DNA of 64,000 nucleotides, taken from NCBI RefSeq assembly GCF_009914755.1, contig NC_060926.1. One strand, given 5' to 3'. A program made the position numbers and the translations under genes. This document shows, in pieces, positions 26,306-43,288 of the stretch. How positions within the stretch are numbered: the stretch's first letter is position 1; every line of letters starts with the position of its first letter. The stretch is from the human T2T-CHM13v2.0 reference genome, Homo sapiens. The notes beneath the pieces are model-generated. The model ran no database searches. It had not been told where the DNA came from and was given only the letters and a program-made list of their open reading frames with translations.

Positions 26306-27689
26306 AGGCCCACCTCGGCCAGAAGGCAGCCATCTCTCTGCAGGCCTGGCTCAAGGTCTGTTGCCCAGGTCCTTCTCTGAGAGCTCAAACAAGCCCCTTG
26401 CTTCCTGTATCCACTCTCTGTGTGCCCAGTGGTTAGGCCTTCCTCGGCTGAGTGCTCAGCTCAAACTAAAACTGTCATCAGTGCTGTGTCCTTGCTGGCT
26501 GGTGCCGCCAGGGCCTAGGGCCTGGGAACTGTCAGCCTGGGGTGACTGGTCATCTGAGACCCCCACAACCCAAGAGTCACCTCTTCTCGGGTGCTGGGAT
26601 CCCAGGAGCCACCCACACCGACTGCCAGGCAGGACCAGGCTGCTGGCCCTACGCCAGCCTCCCTGCCCCGCTTGGCTGTGTAGCATAAGCCAGTCCTCCC
26701 TCTCAGCACCCCCAGGCCAGCGCCCTCACTCCAGGACCCTCAGGAACCTGCCTGCGGGGGCTGTGACCCCTGCCGTGGGGAGGTGCACATGGGGAGAGCG
26801 ATATGGGACGGCGAGAGAGAAGGGACTTAGGGCAGGATTCGGGCCCAGTGAGAGGGGCTTGAGGAAGCTGGACTTTGCTTGGATGGATGCCCTCAGGAGG
26901 TGCGGGGGCAGCTCTAGGGTCAGGGGTCTTTCTTTAGCAGAAGGAGGAAGGAAGCCAGGCCAGAGCTGGACAGCCAGGCAGCTGGGACACTCAGGCAGCT
27001 GGTGCAGGGCATTGATGGGGCTTCTGTGGTCAGGGCAATGCACGTTTGTCTGTGCTCAGACATGAGTCCGGAGAGTCTTGTTCTTCTGATTCATCGTGAG
27101 GTGGAAGTTGTGGGCCCCGGGGGTCGAGTTATGTGACACGGGTACGTTTAGCAGGAGAATCAGGGCCTGCCGGATGGCAGATACACAGAGTGTGTTTCCA
27201 CTGTATCCACAGACATGTGCCAAGCCCTCCAAGCCCCAGATTTGATTCTCCAGAGGAGGCCTGAGCAGGTCTTTAGGGAAAGCCTGGGTGTAATTCTGAT
27301 GTGCGCGGGCTAAGAGCCCTGTGTGGATTCCTGACGCACTGGGTCCAGTCAAGGCGACCCTGAGGGCCTTTCCCAGCCTTGCCCCTGCCGGACACCTGGC
27401 CCCAAAGCCGGCTGCACCCTCCAGAAGCAGGCTACCCTTCCCCTCCCAGGAATCTGGCCTTTCCGGACACTGCTCAGTGCCTGAGCTGAATCTGACAAAC
27501 TGGGTGATATTAGTGACCAGGGGCGTCTCCTGCTTCCTCTTGAATCGCTTTTCACCTGGAGTATGAGTGCCTCAATGCAGAGGAGGCCGGGGGAAATTAT
27601 TGAGCCCTCATGGGCACCCAGAGGCATCTGGAAGACAGGAGGTTTCAGTCACCACGTTGGACTTGGAGGCACCAAAAGATCATAACTGT

Positions 27690-27845
27690 GCACATTTGGT
27701 GTGACTTAATCATTCATCCCTCAGTCTTCATATCTGTAAAACGAGGATAATGGTTCCTCTCTGTAAGGTGGCTGTGACAGTCACATGTGCTGACGTTTGT
27801 GGAATGTTCCTTTTTACCTGCAAACCTTGAGTGCTCAATGCTGTG
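27690..27845 (+). mobile_element. MIR SINE
   Basis: tgacttaatc…cctcagtcttcatatctgtaaaacgaggataat core. Confidence 0.65.
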
Positions 27846-29812
27846 GCCCCAGCTGCTTTTCCACCCCAACGCTTGGCTCCGAGGGCCTGACCCCCTGAAG
27901 CAGGGGCACATTTGGTGTCCTGTCCTTCCCTGGGTCCACCCAGGTCCCCTTTCTCTCTGTGAGTTCTAGAGTTTAGAAAACATCAGGCGAGGCTTCACAG
28001 GAACAGTGCTGGCTTAGAGAAGGTGAGGCCTCCACCTGGGGGTGAGTCAGGCATGGAAGGCGGCCTTGAAGGCCCATCCGTGTGCTGGCTCCACTGCCCC
28101 TGGCATGAGGGCCTGCGTGCCCTGACCCTCCCCACAGCCCCTCTGAGAGGCTAGGTCTGAGCCTCAGGAGTGTGTGGGATTGGAGCTGGGCCGCTGGGCT
28201 GGGGTCTGTCTGTGGGCGAAGCTGACCTGCTGAGTGGAGGCCACGGGTGTGAGGGAGCCACGTGGTTGCAGGGGCTCTTCCAGAGGAGAGGAAGGAAAGT
28301 CATCTGAGGACATGGGGCCTCTGCCCAGGTGGGCAGGGAGGGTGGGCTGTGGCTAGTCTCCAGGGTGGGAGCAGGCCATCTGCACAGGGTGGGTGACTTT
28401 GGCCTGAAGGGTGAGGCTTCCCGACCTCAGAGGGGCTGCAGCAGGCCTGTGGGGAGAGGCGGTCTGGGCTGCTCCCGCCCACCCTGTGGGGCAGCAGGGC
28501 CTCAGGCCAGGATCGCGTCTGAACCACCTTGTGCGCTGCCCCAGCATACCGACTCGACCCCAAGGCCAGTGTTTTCATCCCCACGCACAGCATTTAACTA
28601 GTCTTGTTAGAGTCCAGGCCCGTGCTGGGTGCCAGGGAGGTCAGGCCATGAGCAAGACATACATGCAGGCCCTGGACAGGGGCTTCCGAGCCCTCTGGGT
28701 AGTAAAGGTTGGCAGCCTTGTGAGAATTCAACGAAGGCTCTGAGCACTGGCACTGGAAGCCCTCCCCACATGGGTGTGCAGGCACCTCCTGCGTGGCATT
28801 CCCAGGGCCCAGGGACCAGTGGACGGCAGGGAGGCTCCTGCTCTGAATCCCCAGCTCCTGAGGACAGCGCTTGAGTGATCCTGTCTCTTCCTCCCTCCAG
28901 TGCCGGGCTTGGAGCTGTGAGTGGAGCTGGGGCCCTGTGCATGTTTTAGTGAGGGTTCCAGTCACATGACACTTGCCTCCCGGTCTGCAGGGAGACCAGG
29001 CCCCGAGGGGACATGCTTGGTTGTCAGTGTGAGTGGGACAGGGATACAGGGCACAGGAGACAGGCCTGGGTGGCGCAGTGAGGCTCAGGGGTGATGGGCC
29101 CTGAAGAGGAGGTGCCAGGCACCAGCCCCCATTCTGGAGCTGGAGGGTGGTGGGCAGAATGGGAGCTGCGCCTTGGAGAGGCTAAGCGGGCCCTGGGCAC
29201 CTCGGATCCTCCATCCCAGCCATGCTAGTTGGGGGCACTGCCCACCTGTGCACCCCCCAGTGGCAGAGGAGGAGAGGACAGCTGTGGGGACTCCCCTGCT
29301 GCCCCCCTCCTCCTTGGGTCCCCATCCCCAGCCAAGAGCACCTCTTCCCACCCTCCCTTGGGATCTGGGGCCTTGGTTCTGGCTCCGTGACCCCTCTCAG
29401 TGTCCCAACTTTAGTTTGTTTCTCAGTGTGCCCACCTCCCGGAGCTCCCCAAAGAGTAACGGGAGAGTGATGAAAAAGCTGGGGAGCGTTGGGGCAAGAA
29501 CACCGTTTTGTTGGGTGCATATTGTCATGCCAGGGGGCAGAGAGATGCAGGCAGGGCTGGGGAGGCTTTAGGATGCAGGGGAATTTTCTGTGCCCTATAG
29601 GGAGGGTCACCCCCTTTGCTGCCCTTAGAGACAACCTTGCCTGGGGCCCCAGTGCCCTGGCCTGTGAGGTGGGATGGCAGCCATTTTGCTCCTGGGGGCA
29701 CCCCACAGGCTGTCCCAGGCTGCCTGTCTGCCCTGGAACTTGAAGGAGGAGACCCTCAATCTCTAAGCAGAGGGACCACTATCACACACCTCCTTTCCAT
29801 GATCTAGGATAC

Positions 29813-30108
29813 TTTTTTTTTTTTTTTTCTGAGACGGAGTCTTGCTCTGTCACCCAGGCTGGAGTGCAGTGGCGCGATCTCAGCTCACTGCAACCTCCTC
29901 CTCCCAGGTTCAAGTATTCTCCTGCCTCAATCTCCTGAGTAGCTGGAATTACAGGTGCACACCACCACGTCCAGCTAATTTTTGTATTTTTAGTAGAGAC
30001 AGTGTTTCACCACGTCCAGTCTGGTCTCAAACTTGTGACCTCAAGTGATCCACCCACCTCAGCCTCCCAAAGTGCTGGGATTACAGGCTTGAGCCACCTT
30101 ACCCAGCC
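29813..30108 (-). mobile_element. AluS antisense
   Basis: poly-T then gagacggagtcttgc…; TSD taggatac. Confidence 0.92.
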
Positions 30109-32099
30109 TAGGATACACTTTTTAAAAAACGGTATAATACTTGTGAAATGAAAATGCATTTGTAATTGATGTGTACATTTAACATAGTGATTTTTCCTTC
30201 TTCCTCAAAAGCTCTCCTTGACTTAGTGGCATCTTTGTAAGCAGGAAACAGGACGCTGTAACTGCACATGTGGTCTGGGGCCAGTGTGTGGCATCCCAGG
30301 GAGGTCCCAAGCCCTCACCCCACCGGGAGCCTCCCCTACTGCTGGGTCAACCTCCTGGCCCCATGGGGGTTCTCAAAGCAGCCCACGTTTCTAGGGCATC
30401 CTCAGAGGGACTCACAGGAGCAGTTGGGCCAGTGCCCCAGGGAGGGGGCAGCCTCTCTAGGGGCCTCTTGGGAAGTGTGTGGGATCAGGCCTGTCTGTAC
30501 CTGAGGAAGGAGGAGCCACTGGCCACTGCCTGCTGTGTCCCTGGTACCCCTCATATGGAGAGGTCTCCTCTCAGGACACCATGGAGAGCTGTTGTTTCTG
30601 ATGATACCCGTGTCCCAAGTCTGCCTAGGCAGCTGCTGCTGCCTGTGGCCAGAGGCTTTCTGGGAGCTGGCTCTGCTCTGCTCCCTCCATGAGCCCAGTC
30701 CTGGGAGCCTCTCCAGCTGTCCATCATCCACAGCCAGCATCCAAACGGCTGCTGCTCAGACTTCCAATTCCGAATTGCCCAACACCTCCCCCCTGCAAGG
30801 ACACAGGTTCCCCCAGGTGGGCTGTCTGCGTCCACAAGGTGGGCACATAGCCCATGGGAAGTAGGGCAGATTGTGGGGGCTACAGTGCCCCAAGCAGGGG
30901 TGCAGTGGGCCACAGGGTGGTATCCCTACCCCATGTCCCTACCTTCAGATGCCCTCGTGATGGGGCCTCCCTCGGTAGACAGGGGACTGAGGTGCATGTA
31001 GAGGTGAGCAGAGCCACACGGGAAGGGGAAGCAGGAGTCAGCGTCAAATCCCCTGCCACTGTACAGTCTTTCCAACAAGACCCCCTCAGATGGCAGCTGA
31101 GGCTGCTGGGCCTCTGTCATGCATGCGCTTCTGTGGGGCATTGTCAGAGGGAGAGGCTTCTGTCCCATGCAGGCCTGAGGGGCTTCAGGCCCTCGGTATA
31201 GCCTGGGCAGCCCCCGAGTTCCGACTTTGGGCCGTTCACTCAGCTCCTTGGAATGGGTTCATTCTGCTGCACAACCAAAAAAACCAGCCTGCTGGGTCCC
31301 CTTGCAGAGCTGTGGGAGCGCAGGCAGGACATGAGTCCGCCAGCTTTCTGTGCTGTGAACACCGGCGTCCTGACCGCTGTGGAGCGGAGAAGTGCCTGCA
31401 CTTTGAGAAGGGTGGTTGGGATAGGACCTGCCAGAGGCCAGCATGTGCCTTTCCTGCCCTGGCAGCCAGGCAGCTGTGACCTGGGAATGCAGGGCAGAGA
31501 GGACACTAATCTGGATGCATCTGTTGGTGGCGCCAACTGTCAGGAGGGTGCTGGCGCCAGCTCCGCAGCCAGCCCTGGTTCGCATCCATCAACCATGCAG
31601 TGCTGGTGCTCACACTGTTGTGTCTTCTCAGAGGAAGGAAGCTCACATCTTCCCATGAGACAGGCAGCTGGGAGTGGGGTGAGAATGTGCTCTCAGCCAG
31701 AACCGGGTGCGGTTCATGCGGGTTGGGGAGTTTGCTGCACTGCCGAGGCCTGCCCTTCGCCCACCGTGCAGGTGCTCCGGGCCTGAGTGGGCGGCTGCAC
31801 ATGGTCTCTATCCGAGAGGGTGGAGTGGACGGGCTGGGGGGGCTCCAGTCTGTCTGCAAAGCAGCAGGGCAGAGCTCGACACTATGTGGGTCACATGAAG
31901 AAGAAGGGTAATGACATGGCTCTTGGCCACTGTGATCCTTCTGACTGCTGCTGTCCTCAGCTCATCCGTGAGCTGGAACAAGGTCCCAACCCTCCCGGGG
32001 CCTCCATGGACACAGCCAGCAGGAAATGCAGGGTTGTTGACCTGCTCTGCCAGTCTCTCCGGGCTTGTGTAAGGCCCAAATGAGACATCGTGAGTGAAT

Positions 32100-32290
32100 G
32101 TTTGTAGAAGCTGGAGACCTGGTCCAAATTCAAATGCTGCCACCTGCCAGGTTGGTGCTTAACTGTCCTGAACTTCAGTTTCCTTACCTGGAGAATACAG
32201 ACAATCAGAATTGCCTCATGTTAGGATTAAATAATGTCTAAAAGGCACAGGGCACGTGGCAGCACTTTATCCGTAGCTATTTTATTATTA
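32100..32290 (+). mobile_element. MIR SINE
   Basis: ttcaaatgctgccac…cttaactgtcctgaacttcagtttccttacctg…ggattaaata…agctatttt. Confidence 0.6.
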
Positions 32291-35088
32291 CAGGTGTTAT
32301 TTTTACAGTGGGGGAGATGAGCCATTCCAACTTCACAGCTTTTATTCTTTCAAGAGTTGGCTGAGCGCCTGCTCCACGGCACACCCTGCGCTGGGGCTGG
32401 GGATGCAGAGGCTCAGGCAGGCCCTCCCTTCTGACGAGCTCATGGGTCTAGTGGTGGAGACAGGTGGGCTGGCCCACAGCGACAGCGTCACCTGTGCAGT
32501 GGGAGATATGACCAGGGCATGGCTGGTGTGGGGAGCCCAGGAAAGGAAACTCTCAACCCTGTCAAAGGGGAAAGGAGAGTCTTGGGGAGCCGAGAGGATG
32601 GACAGGTGATAGCAGACCACAGTGTGGTGTCAGGCAGGACACAGGCACAAGGCACAACATCGGGGTGCCGTTCTGCCTCCAGGACCTCCAAGGAGGCTGC
32701 ACAGATGAAGCGATGCCTTGATGAGACTGACTGTGGGGAGTGGGGAGCCATCGGGCCAGACTGTGAGCTGGTGGGGGTGGGGGGGACTGTGAGCCGGGTA
32801 AGTCCCCGGGCAAGACTGACTGTGGGGTGGGTTGGGGGAGCCTGGCCCATAAGGTGGGACGCCCTGCACGGAGGCGAGCGAGCACGATGTGCAGAACTCC
32901 AAGAGTCTCAGGAGGAGACCGCAGGATGGGAGAGAGATCTGAAAGCCGAGCAGGACTGAGGTGGGCCTGAGCCCCGTCGCCTCCTGCGGGCGGTGGAGAG
33001 CTGCAGTGGGGAGACAGTGAGATGCAGCTTGTGCTGAGTCTCAAGCCAGCACGCACAGGAGGCACCACTCCTCAGGGTTGTGCTCTGTGAGCCCAGAGCC
33101 CAGGAGCAGACAGAAAAGGGCTGAGCGACACAAGGGCAGCCTTGGCAGCTGGGAGCTCAGCAGCAGCCGGCTGCCCCATCTGGAGGCTCAGAGCAGACTG
33201 ATCGCCCTGGGTGGGGCCTGCCACCTGGGCAGCTGGGAAGAACCTCCTTCCAGCAGCCTGATGCTCCCATCGAGGGTCAGCAGGGCATGTCCAGCACCAA
33301 GGCCATGCATGTTTTGTGCTTTGGGTCCCAGGGGGCTGTTTCTCAAATGTCCTGCTTGGCCTTCATATGGCACCATGAGGGACCCCGGAATCCCCACACC
33401 TATCCCAAGGCCCAACTTGGGGTCTGCCAGAGGATCTGCATGATGATTCACAGTGCGGGTTAGCTACTGTGCACGTGGCCAGTGATGGATCCTGATGGTA
33501 GAAAATTCAGAGTAGCTGGTGGAGGAGGGAGCCCTGAGCCTGAGGTAGGAGAGCCTCTCTGGGCACACGGCTTGGCTGGTCTCTGCCTTCTTTCCTGGAA
33601 CATCCTGCCGGCTTCACAGAGTTGTTTTTCAGACTTCCTGAGTCCAGGTGAGGTCTAGACAAGGCATCTCGTGCAGCCACCTCTCCCTTCCTTTCTGAAC
33701 CTCAATCATGTGCTACTCTGCAAAGCACACGGCCAGTCTTCACCTGCCTGTTTCACAGGTGTTGTGAGGGAGGGGCATGTCTTCGCTCAGCAGGCCTGGG
33801 CCTCCTGTGTGTCCCCTGGGGATGAGCTGCTGAGCCAGGTGTGGGCTGTCCGTGGTCCTGGTGCCTGTGCACATCGGTGTCCAGGAAGAGCAACGTCTCC
33901 CGTTGTCTTTGGCTCTCCTAGGGGCCTATGGTGCGGTCTGCCCCTCTCCAGTGGGAGTCAGCACAGCACCAGGACACAGCATGTGAGCAGCAGCCTTGCT
34001 TGTGTCCAGTGTTGTGGGAAAACCACACAAGCCCTGCCGTCATCCCAGGAATGGTGGGCCCTACTGTGTGGCTCAGGAGGTGAGCCGGAGGATGCAGGCC
34101 ACAGAGATATTGTAGTGAGCTTAGTTAGCCTTGAAGGATGGACAGTCATACCTACAGGCTAGTCTCAGCCTTGCCCATACCTTGCTGTGAGATTCTGGGC
34201 AGGTTTCTTAGCCTGTAGGAGAGAGGTCTTAGTCCTCTTGTCTGTCAAATGGGAATGTCCTGCCCTGCTCACCTCATAGGGTCACTGTAAGGATAAAATC
34301 TGATGTGTGTGGAAATAACTTGGGAAGCCAAGAAACATGACCAATAAAAGAGAAACGGTAAATAAAAAAATTATAGCATACCTGCACAAAATGGTTCATA
34401 AAATCCACAGAATGATTAATTACATCATAGCTGTAAGGAACATTCAAGTGTTAAAATTATAGGCCAAACCCTGTCCTTGGTGCTTGGGGATCAGCAGTGG
34501 CACAGTCTGGGACCCCTGTCCTGGAGCTCATGCTTTGGCAGGGAGGACAAATAACACACATTTATTCTTTGGAGTCTGGCTCTATAAATCTGAGGTCATC
34601 ACGCCCCACCTCTTCCTAGGAAGCGGGGTGGGCACACCCTGGGGAAGCTCTACCCCAGCAGGTATGGCCAAGAAGACGGGGCTGTCACTCCTGTCCTCTG
34701 ATAGGCTGGTGCTTTGGCTGCACCCCAGGAGGGTCAGGCTGCTGGCATTCTCATCCTCAGCCCCATGTTGCAGAAGCTCTGTTTCTGGCAAGTGCTGCTG
34801 AGAAGTCTGGGGATCACTTCCACACCCAACCCACGCTATAGGGTGGAGGCCTGCTCCAAGCACAGCAGGCTGGCCCCAGTGCCCCCATCTCATCTCACTC
34901 ACAGGATGGAGGTTCCACACCAGGAGGGGCGAGACAGGAAGACCAGGGACTGCCAGGCAACCAGTGCCAGCTGGTAGAATGGGGATGTCATCAGGAAAAG
35001 CAGGCCCCCACCCCCAGCTCTGTGTTCTGATGCAGGGCTTCTGCCCAGGGGGAAAGGCAGGGCGTGCAGCTTTGCTGGAGGAGTCTGA

Positions 35089-35422
<334 letters not shown>

Positions 35423-35539
35423 GGAGGAGTCTTTTTACTTGAAACAAAAAGTTGGAGAACCCATGCCTTAAGGGTACTGCCAAAAACAGTGCAGCTCTTA
35501 GTGGGGAGCAACTAAGAGGAAGCTGGTAGGTTCATGAGT

Positions 35540-36030
35540 CAGGGGTCACCAAGACCACTGTGAGGCTTGACAATCCACTGGGACTCACAGGACCATGAGT
35601 GTAACTCTGAAAAGCTGTTATACTCATGGTTATGGTTTATTACAGTGAAAAGATACAGATTTAAGTCAGCAGAGGGAAGAGGTACAGAAGGTGGAGTCCA
35701 GGAGAGACCAGCTGCAAGCTTCCAGGTGTCCCCTCCTAGGAAGTGGCATGCAGTGCTTAATCTTCAGCAACAATGTGTGACAACCCACGTGAAGTGTTAC
35801 AACCAGGAAGCTCCCCTGAGCCTTGGTGCCCAGGTTTTTATTGGGGTCAGTCATACAGGCATGCATACTTGCATGACTGAACTTAACTATTCAGACTCCA
35901 GTCCCCTAGGGCCTCAGGCAGACCAAAGAAGGCAGGATATCCTAAGACCTCAGAGATGATCTCTCAGGAGCCAATCAATAGCCAGTGTTTTCTATGAAAT
36001 GTGCAGTTTGAATAATCTAAGCCGGCTAAG
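35540..36030. mobile_element. MER21-family ERVL LTR
   Basis: ggggtcaccaagacc…gactcacagga…gtttattacagtgaaaagatacag…caagcttcc…tgtgacaac…caggtttttattgggg resembles the recalled MER21 consensus. Confidence 0.7.
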
Positions 36031-36922
36031 TCGTTATTGCTTACTTCAAGAAAAAACAAAAGGCAGGGCAACCAGAAGTTTAAACAAATAAACAATTGAC
36101 CAATCAAACAACAACCATAACAATATCAACAACCCACAGGACAAGTATTAGTATCAGAATTGCTATAATGTTATCTGAAATGTCCAGTTTTCAACAACAA
36201 AACAAAAAATAAAAGACAGGCAAAGAAATAGGAAAGTGTGACCCATATACAGGGCAGAAAGCGAGCCATAGAAATATCTTTTTGAAGGGGTGTCATTGGT
36301 GGCCTCAGGAGACTAAGACTTCAAAGCAGCTATTATAACTCAGTTCAAATAACTAAAGGAAGCCATGAATAAAGAATTCAAGGAAGGTGTGATAGCAGTG
36401 TCTCTTCAAATACATAATATTGTTAAAGATATGGAAAATATAACGACCAAATAGAAATTAACCAAATGAAAAATTCACCAGAGGGGCTGAACAGTAGATT
36501 TGAGCTGGTAGAAGAATCCATGAACTTAATGAATAGAGATTATGTAATTTGAAGAACAGATGTGAAAAAGAATGAAGAAAAATGAACAAAGACTCGGAAA
36601 TGTTGGACACTATTAAGTGCACCAACATATATGGGGATAAAAGGAGAGGAGAAGGTAGAATAAAATAATTCCCAGATATAAAAAAATGGAAATAATTTGT
36701 TGCTAGCAGATTTGCCTTGCAAGAAATACTAAAGGAAATTCCTCAGGCTGAGAGCAAGTGACACCAGAGAATAATTCAAATCCACATGAATAAATCGAGA
36801 TTGCCAGTAAAAGTGATTATTTAGGTAATTATAAGAGATAGAGCAATTGCATATTTTTTCTTCTTAACTGTTTAGAAAGTGATTGCGGAAAATAATCCAT
36901 GTATCATTGTATTGGTGGACCT

Positions 36923-37060
36923 ATAGCATATAGGAGATATACCTAATGTTAAATGACGAGTTAATGGGTGCAGCACACCAACATGGCGCATGTATACATA
37001 TGTAACTAACCTGCACGTTGTGCACATGTACCCTAAAACTTAAAGTATATTAAAAAAAAA
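36923..37060 (+). mobile_element. Short young L1PA 3' end
   Basis: taggagatatacctaatgttaaatgacgagttaatgggtgcagcacaccaacatggc…ccctaaaacttaaagtat plus poly-A. Confidence 0.9.
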
Positions 37061-37188
37061 GAAATGTAATATGCTTCACAGTAAAAGCACAGAGGTGATT
37101 GGGAACAAAGCTGCAGTGGAGCTTAGCAGGTGGCAACCCAAATCCATAGAAGGAAATGAAGAGAATGGGAAATTTAAAAGTTAACATA

Positions 37189-37502
<314 letters not shown>

Positions 37503-38039
37503 TTAACATAATAAACTCTATAAATATGTACTTGCCTCTCCACTCCTTAAAAAAGACATAAGATTATATGAAGCAGTGTATTGATCTGTTTGTAACATAT
37601 GGAAACACAATATGTGCAACATTAGTAATGCACACATACACACAAAGAAGAGAGTAGCGCTATGTAAGAGTAAAGTTTCTATATCTGACTAGAATTAAGT
37701 AGTATAAATCTGAAGTAGATTTTACAAGCTAAGATGAATATTGTAAGCCCTAGAGCAAGCACTAAGAAAAGAACTTACATAGTAAAAAAAAAAAAAAAAA
37801 AAAAGCATTAAAAAGATTAAACTGTCACACTAGAACATATTCACTAAATGCAAAAGGAAGAACCGAGGTACAAAAAGACAAAACACATAAAAAATAACAA
37901 AAATCAAAATGGCAGATATAAATGTAACCATACCAATTAAACAACCCAAACTAAGGCAGAGACTGTCAGAATGAATTTTTTCTTAAAAAGAAAAACAAGA
38001 TCCAGCTATATCTTTTTATAGGAGGTACTTTATTTTTTA

Positions 38040-38352
38040 AATTTATTTTATTTATTTATTTATTTGAGATGGAGTTTTGCTCTTGTTGCCCAGGCTGGAG
38101 TGCGATGGTGCAATCTTGCTCACTGCAACCTCCGCCTCCCGGGTTCAAGTGATTCTCCTGCCTCAGCCTCCCGAGTAGCTGAGATTACAGGCATTCACCA
38201 CCACGCCCGGCTAATTTTGTATTTTTCTTTTTTAGTAGAGATGGGGTTTCTCCGTGTTGGTCAGGCTGGTCTTGAACCCCGACCTCAGGTGATCCACCCA
38301 CCTCGGCCTCCCAAAGTTCTGGGATTACAGGTGTGACCCACCACGCCTGGCC
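38040..38352 (-). mobile_element. AluS antisense (duplicated at ~41517-41829)
   Basis: (ttta)n tail, gagatggagttttgctc…cacgcctggcc; TSD-like aggaggtacttta / aggagatacctta. Confidence 0.9.
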
Positions 38353-38802
38353 AGGAGATACCTTAGATTCAAAGATGCAAATACGTTGAAAGTTAAGGGT
38401 GGAAAAACATACCATCATAACTGCATGAGCTGGGGTAGCTATATAAATATCAGCCTACATAGATTTTAAAACAGAAGTTTTACCACAGATAAAGAGGGAC
38501 ATTTTATAATGATAAAAGTTTAGATCTATCCAGACAATAAAACAGTTATAAACATATGCGCACCTACTAACAGGACCCAAAATACATGAAGCTGAAACAG
38601 GCAGAATTGATGGGAGAAGCAAACAATGTAACAACAATAGTTGGAGATCACCCTTTCATTCGTTGATAGAGCAACTAGGCAGAAAATCAGAAGACTTGAA
38701 CAGCACTACAAATCATTAGACCTAACAGACATCTATAGGATGCTCCACCAAACAGAAGTAGGACACACATTTTTCTCAATTGCATATGAAATATAGTCCA
38801 AG

Positions 38803-39243
<441 letters not shown>

Positions 39244-39358
39244 AAAGAACAAAGTTACAGAAGAAAACATAAGAGTAAATCTTTGCATCTTGGGTTAGGC
39301 AATGGTTTCTTAGATACAAGAAAAGCAGAAATGACAAAAGAAAAATTATGTAAATCCG

Positions 39359-39656
<298 letters not shown>

Positions 39657-39659
39657 TCA

Positions 39660-39846
<187 letters not shown>

Positions 39847-39911
39847 TAAAAACAAAAATCTGTACAACTCAATAGTAAAAACACAAATACCTCAATTTAA
39901 AAGTAGGCAAA

Positions 39912-40130
39912 GAAAGGCGTAAGAATGGTATGAGGGACTTTACGGACACGGGAAAGGGTGGGAGAGGGCTAAGGGGTAAAAGACTACAAATGTGTACAGT
40001 GTACCCTGCTCGGGTGATGGGTGCACCCAAATCTCAGAAGTCACCACTAAAGAACTTATGTATGTAACCAAATACCACCTGTTCCCCCAAAACCTATGGA
40101 AATAAAAAATAAAAATAAATAAAAAATAAA
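39912..40130 (+). mobile_element. L1PB 3' end with TSD (duplicated at ~43388-43606)
   Basis: ctgctcgggtgatgggtgcacccaaatctcagaagtcaccactaaagaactt…cctatggaaataaaa; TSD aaaagtaggc. Confidence 0.8.
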
Positions 40131-40674
40131 AGTAGGCCAAGGATTATGCAACCTCATGAGAGAACCTGAAAACAATGAATAAAAATTAAAAATAGAAAAG
40201 GATTTCAACAGACACTTCTCCAGTGAAGGTATACAAATGGCCAATAAGCACATACAAATTTCTTCCGCATCTTCATCATTAGGGAAATGCAAATGAAAAG
40301 CACAGTGAGCTACCACTTCACCCCCATCAACACGACTAATAAAATATACAGCAAGTGTTGTCAAGTATATGGAGAAGTTGAGACCTTCATACATTCCTGG
40401 CAGGATTGTAAAGTGGTGCATCTGCTTTGAATTTGGTAGTCCTTCAAAATGTTAAACGTAGAGTTACCACATGACCCAGCAATTCCTCTCCTATGCATTT
40501 ATCCAAGAGAAATGAAAGCACACATCCACACAAAGACTTGGACACAAATGCACAAAGCAACCTCATAACGGTTCAAAATCGTGAACAACTCAAATCTCCA
40601 TCAGCAATTGAGAGGATGAACAAATTCTGGCATATCCATAGGGTGGAATACTGCTCAACAACAAGAGTGAGTTA

Positions 40675-40980
<306 letters not shown>

Positions 40981-42298
40981 TTAACATAATAAACTCTATA
41001 AATATGTACTTGCCTCTCCACTCCTTAAAAAAGACATAAGATTATATGAAGCAGTGTATTGATCTGTTTGTAACATATGGAAACACAATATGTGCAACAT
41101 TAGTAATGCACACATACACACAAAGAAGAGAGTAGCGCTATGTAAGAGTAAAGTTTCTATATCTGACTAGAATTAAGTAGTATAAATCTGAAGTAGATTT
41201 TACAAGCTAAGATGAATATTGTAAGCCCTAGAGCAAGCACTAAGAAAAGAACTTACATAGTAAAAAAAAAAAAAAAAAAAAGCATTAAAAAGATTAAACT
41301 GTCACACTAGAACATATTCACTAAATGCAAAAGGAAGAACCGAGGTACAAAAAGACAAAACACATAAAAAATAACAAAAATCAAAATGGCAGATATAAAT
41401 GTAACCATACCAATTAAACAACCCAAACTAAGGCAGAGACTGTCAGAATGAATTTTTTCTTAAAAAGAAAAACAAGATCCAGCTATATCTTTTTATAGGA
41501 GGTACTTTATTTTTTAAATTTATTTTATTTATTTATTTATTTGAGATGGAGTTTTGCTCTTGTTGCCCAGGCTGGAGTGCGATGGTGCAATCTTGCTCAC
41601 TGCAACCTCCGCCTCCCGGGTTCAAGTGATTCTCCTGCCTCAGCCTCCCGAGTAGCTGAGATTACAGGCATTCACCACCACGCCCGGCTAATTTTGTATT
41701 TTTCTTTTTTAGTAGAGATGGGGTTTCTCCGTGTTGGTCAGGCTGGTCTTGAACCCCGACCTCAGGTGATCCACCCACCTCGGCCTCCCAAAGTTCTGGG
41801 ATTACAGGTGTGACCCACCACGCCTGGCCAGGAGATACCTTAGATTCAAAGATGCAAATACGTTGAAAGTTAAGGGTGGAAAAACATACCATCATAACTG
41901 CATGAGCTGGGGTAGCTATATAAATATCAGCCTACATAGATTTTAAAACAGAAGTTTTACCACAGATAAAGAGGGACATTTTATAATGATAAAAGTTTAG
42001 ATCTATCCAGACAATAAAACAGTTATAAACATATGCGCACCTACTAACAGGACCCAAAATACATGAAGCTGAAACAGGCAGAATTGATGGGAGAAGCAAA
42101 CAATGTAACAACAATAGTTGGAGATCACCCTTTCATTCGTTGATAGAGCAACTAGGCAGAAAATCAGAAGACTTGAACAGCACTACAAATCATTAGACCT
42201 AACAGACATCTATAGGATGCTCCACCAAACAGAAGTAGGACACACATTTTTCTCAATTGCATATGAAATATAGTCCAAGGGCCAGGGGCAGTGGCTCA

Positions 42299-42661
<363 letters not shown>

Positions 42662-42914
42662 CTATAGCCTGGGGGATAGAGCAAGACTCTGTCTCCAAAT
42701 AAATAAACAAATAAATATAAAAAGAACAAAGTTACAGAAGAAAACATAAGAGTAAATCTTTGCATCTTGGGTTAGGCAATGGTTTCTTAGATACAAGAAA
42801 AGCAGAAATGACAAAAGAAAAATTATGTAAATCCGGGCCAGGCACAGTGGCTCACGCCTGTAATCCCAGCACTTTGGGAGGCCAAAGCGGGCAGATCATG
42901 AGGTCACGAGATCA

Positions 42915-43127
<213 letters not shown>

Positions 43128-43135
43128 TCAAATCA

Positions 43136-43288
<153 letters not shown>

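Noticed and set aside
25995-27065. 356-aa ORF
   Set aside because: GTG start, begins in a degenerate L1 3' UTR, no domain or exon evidence
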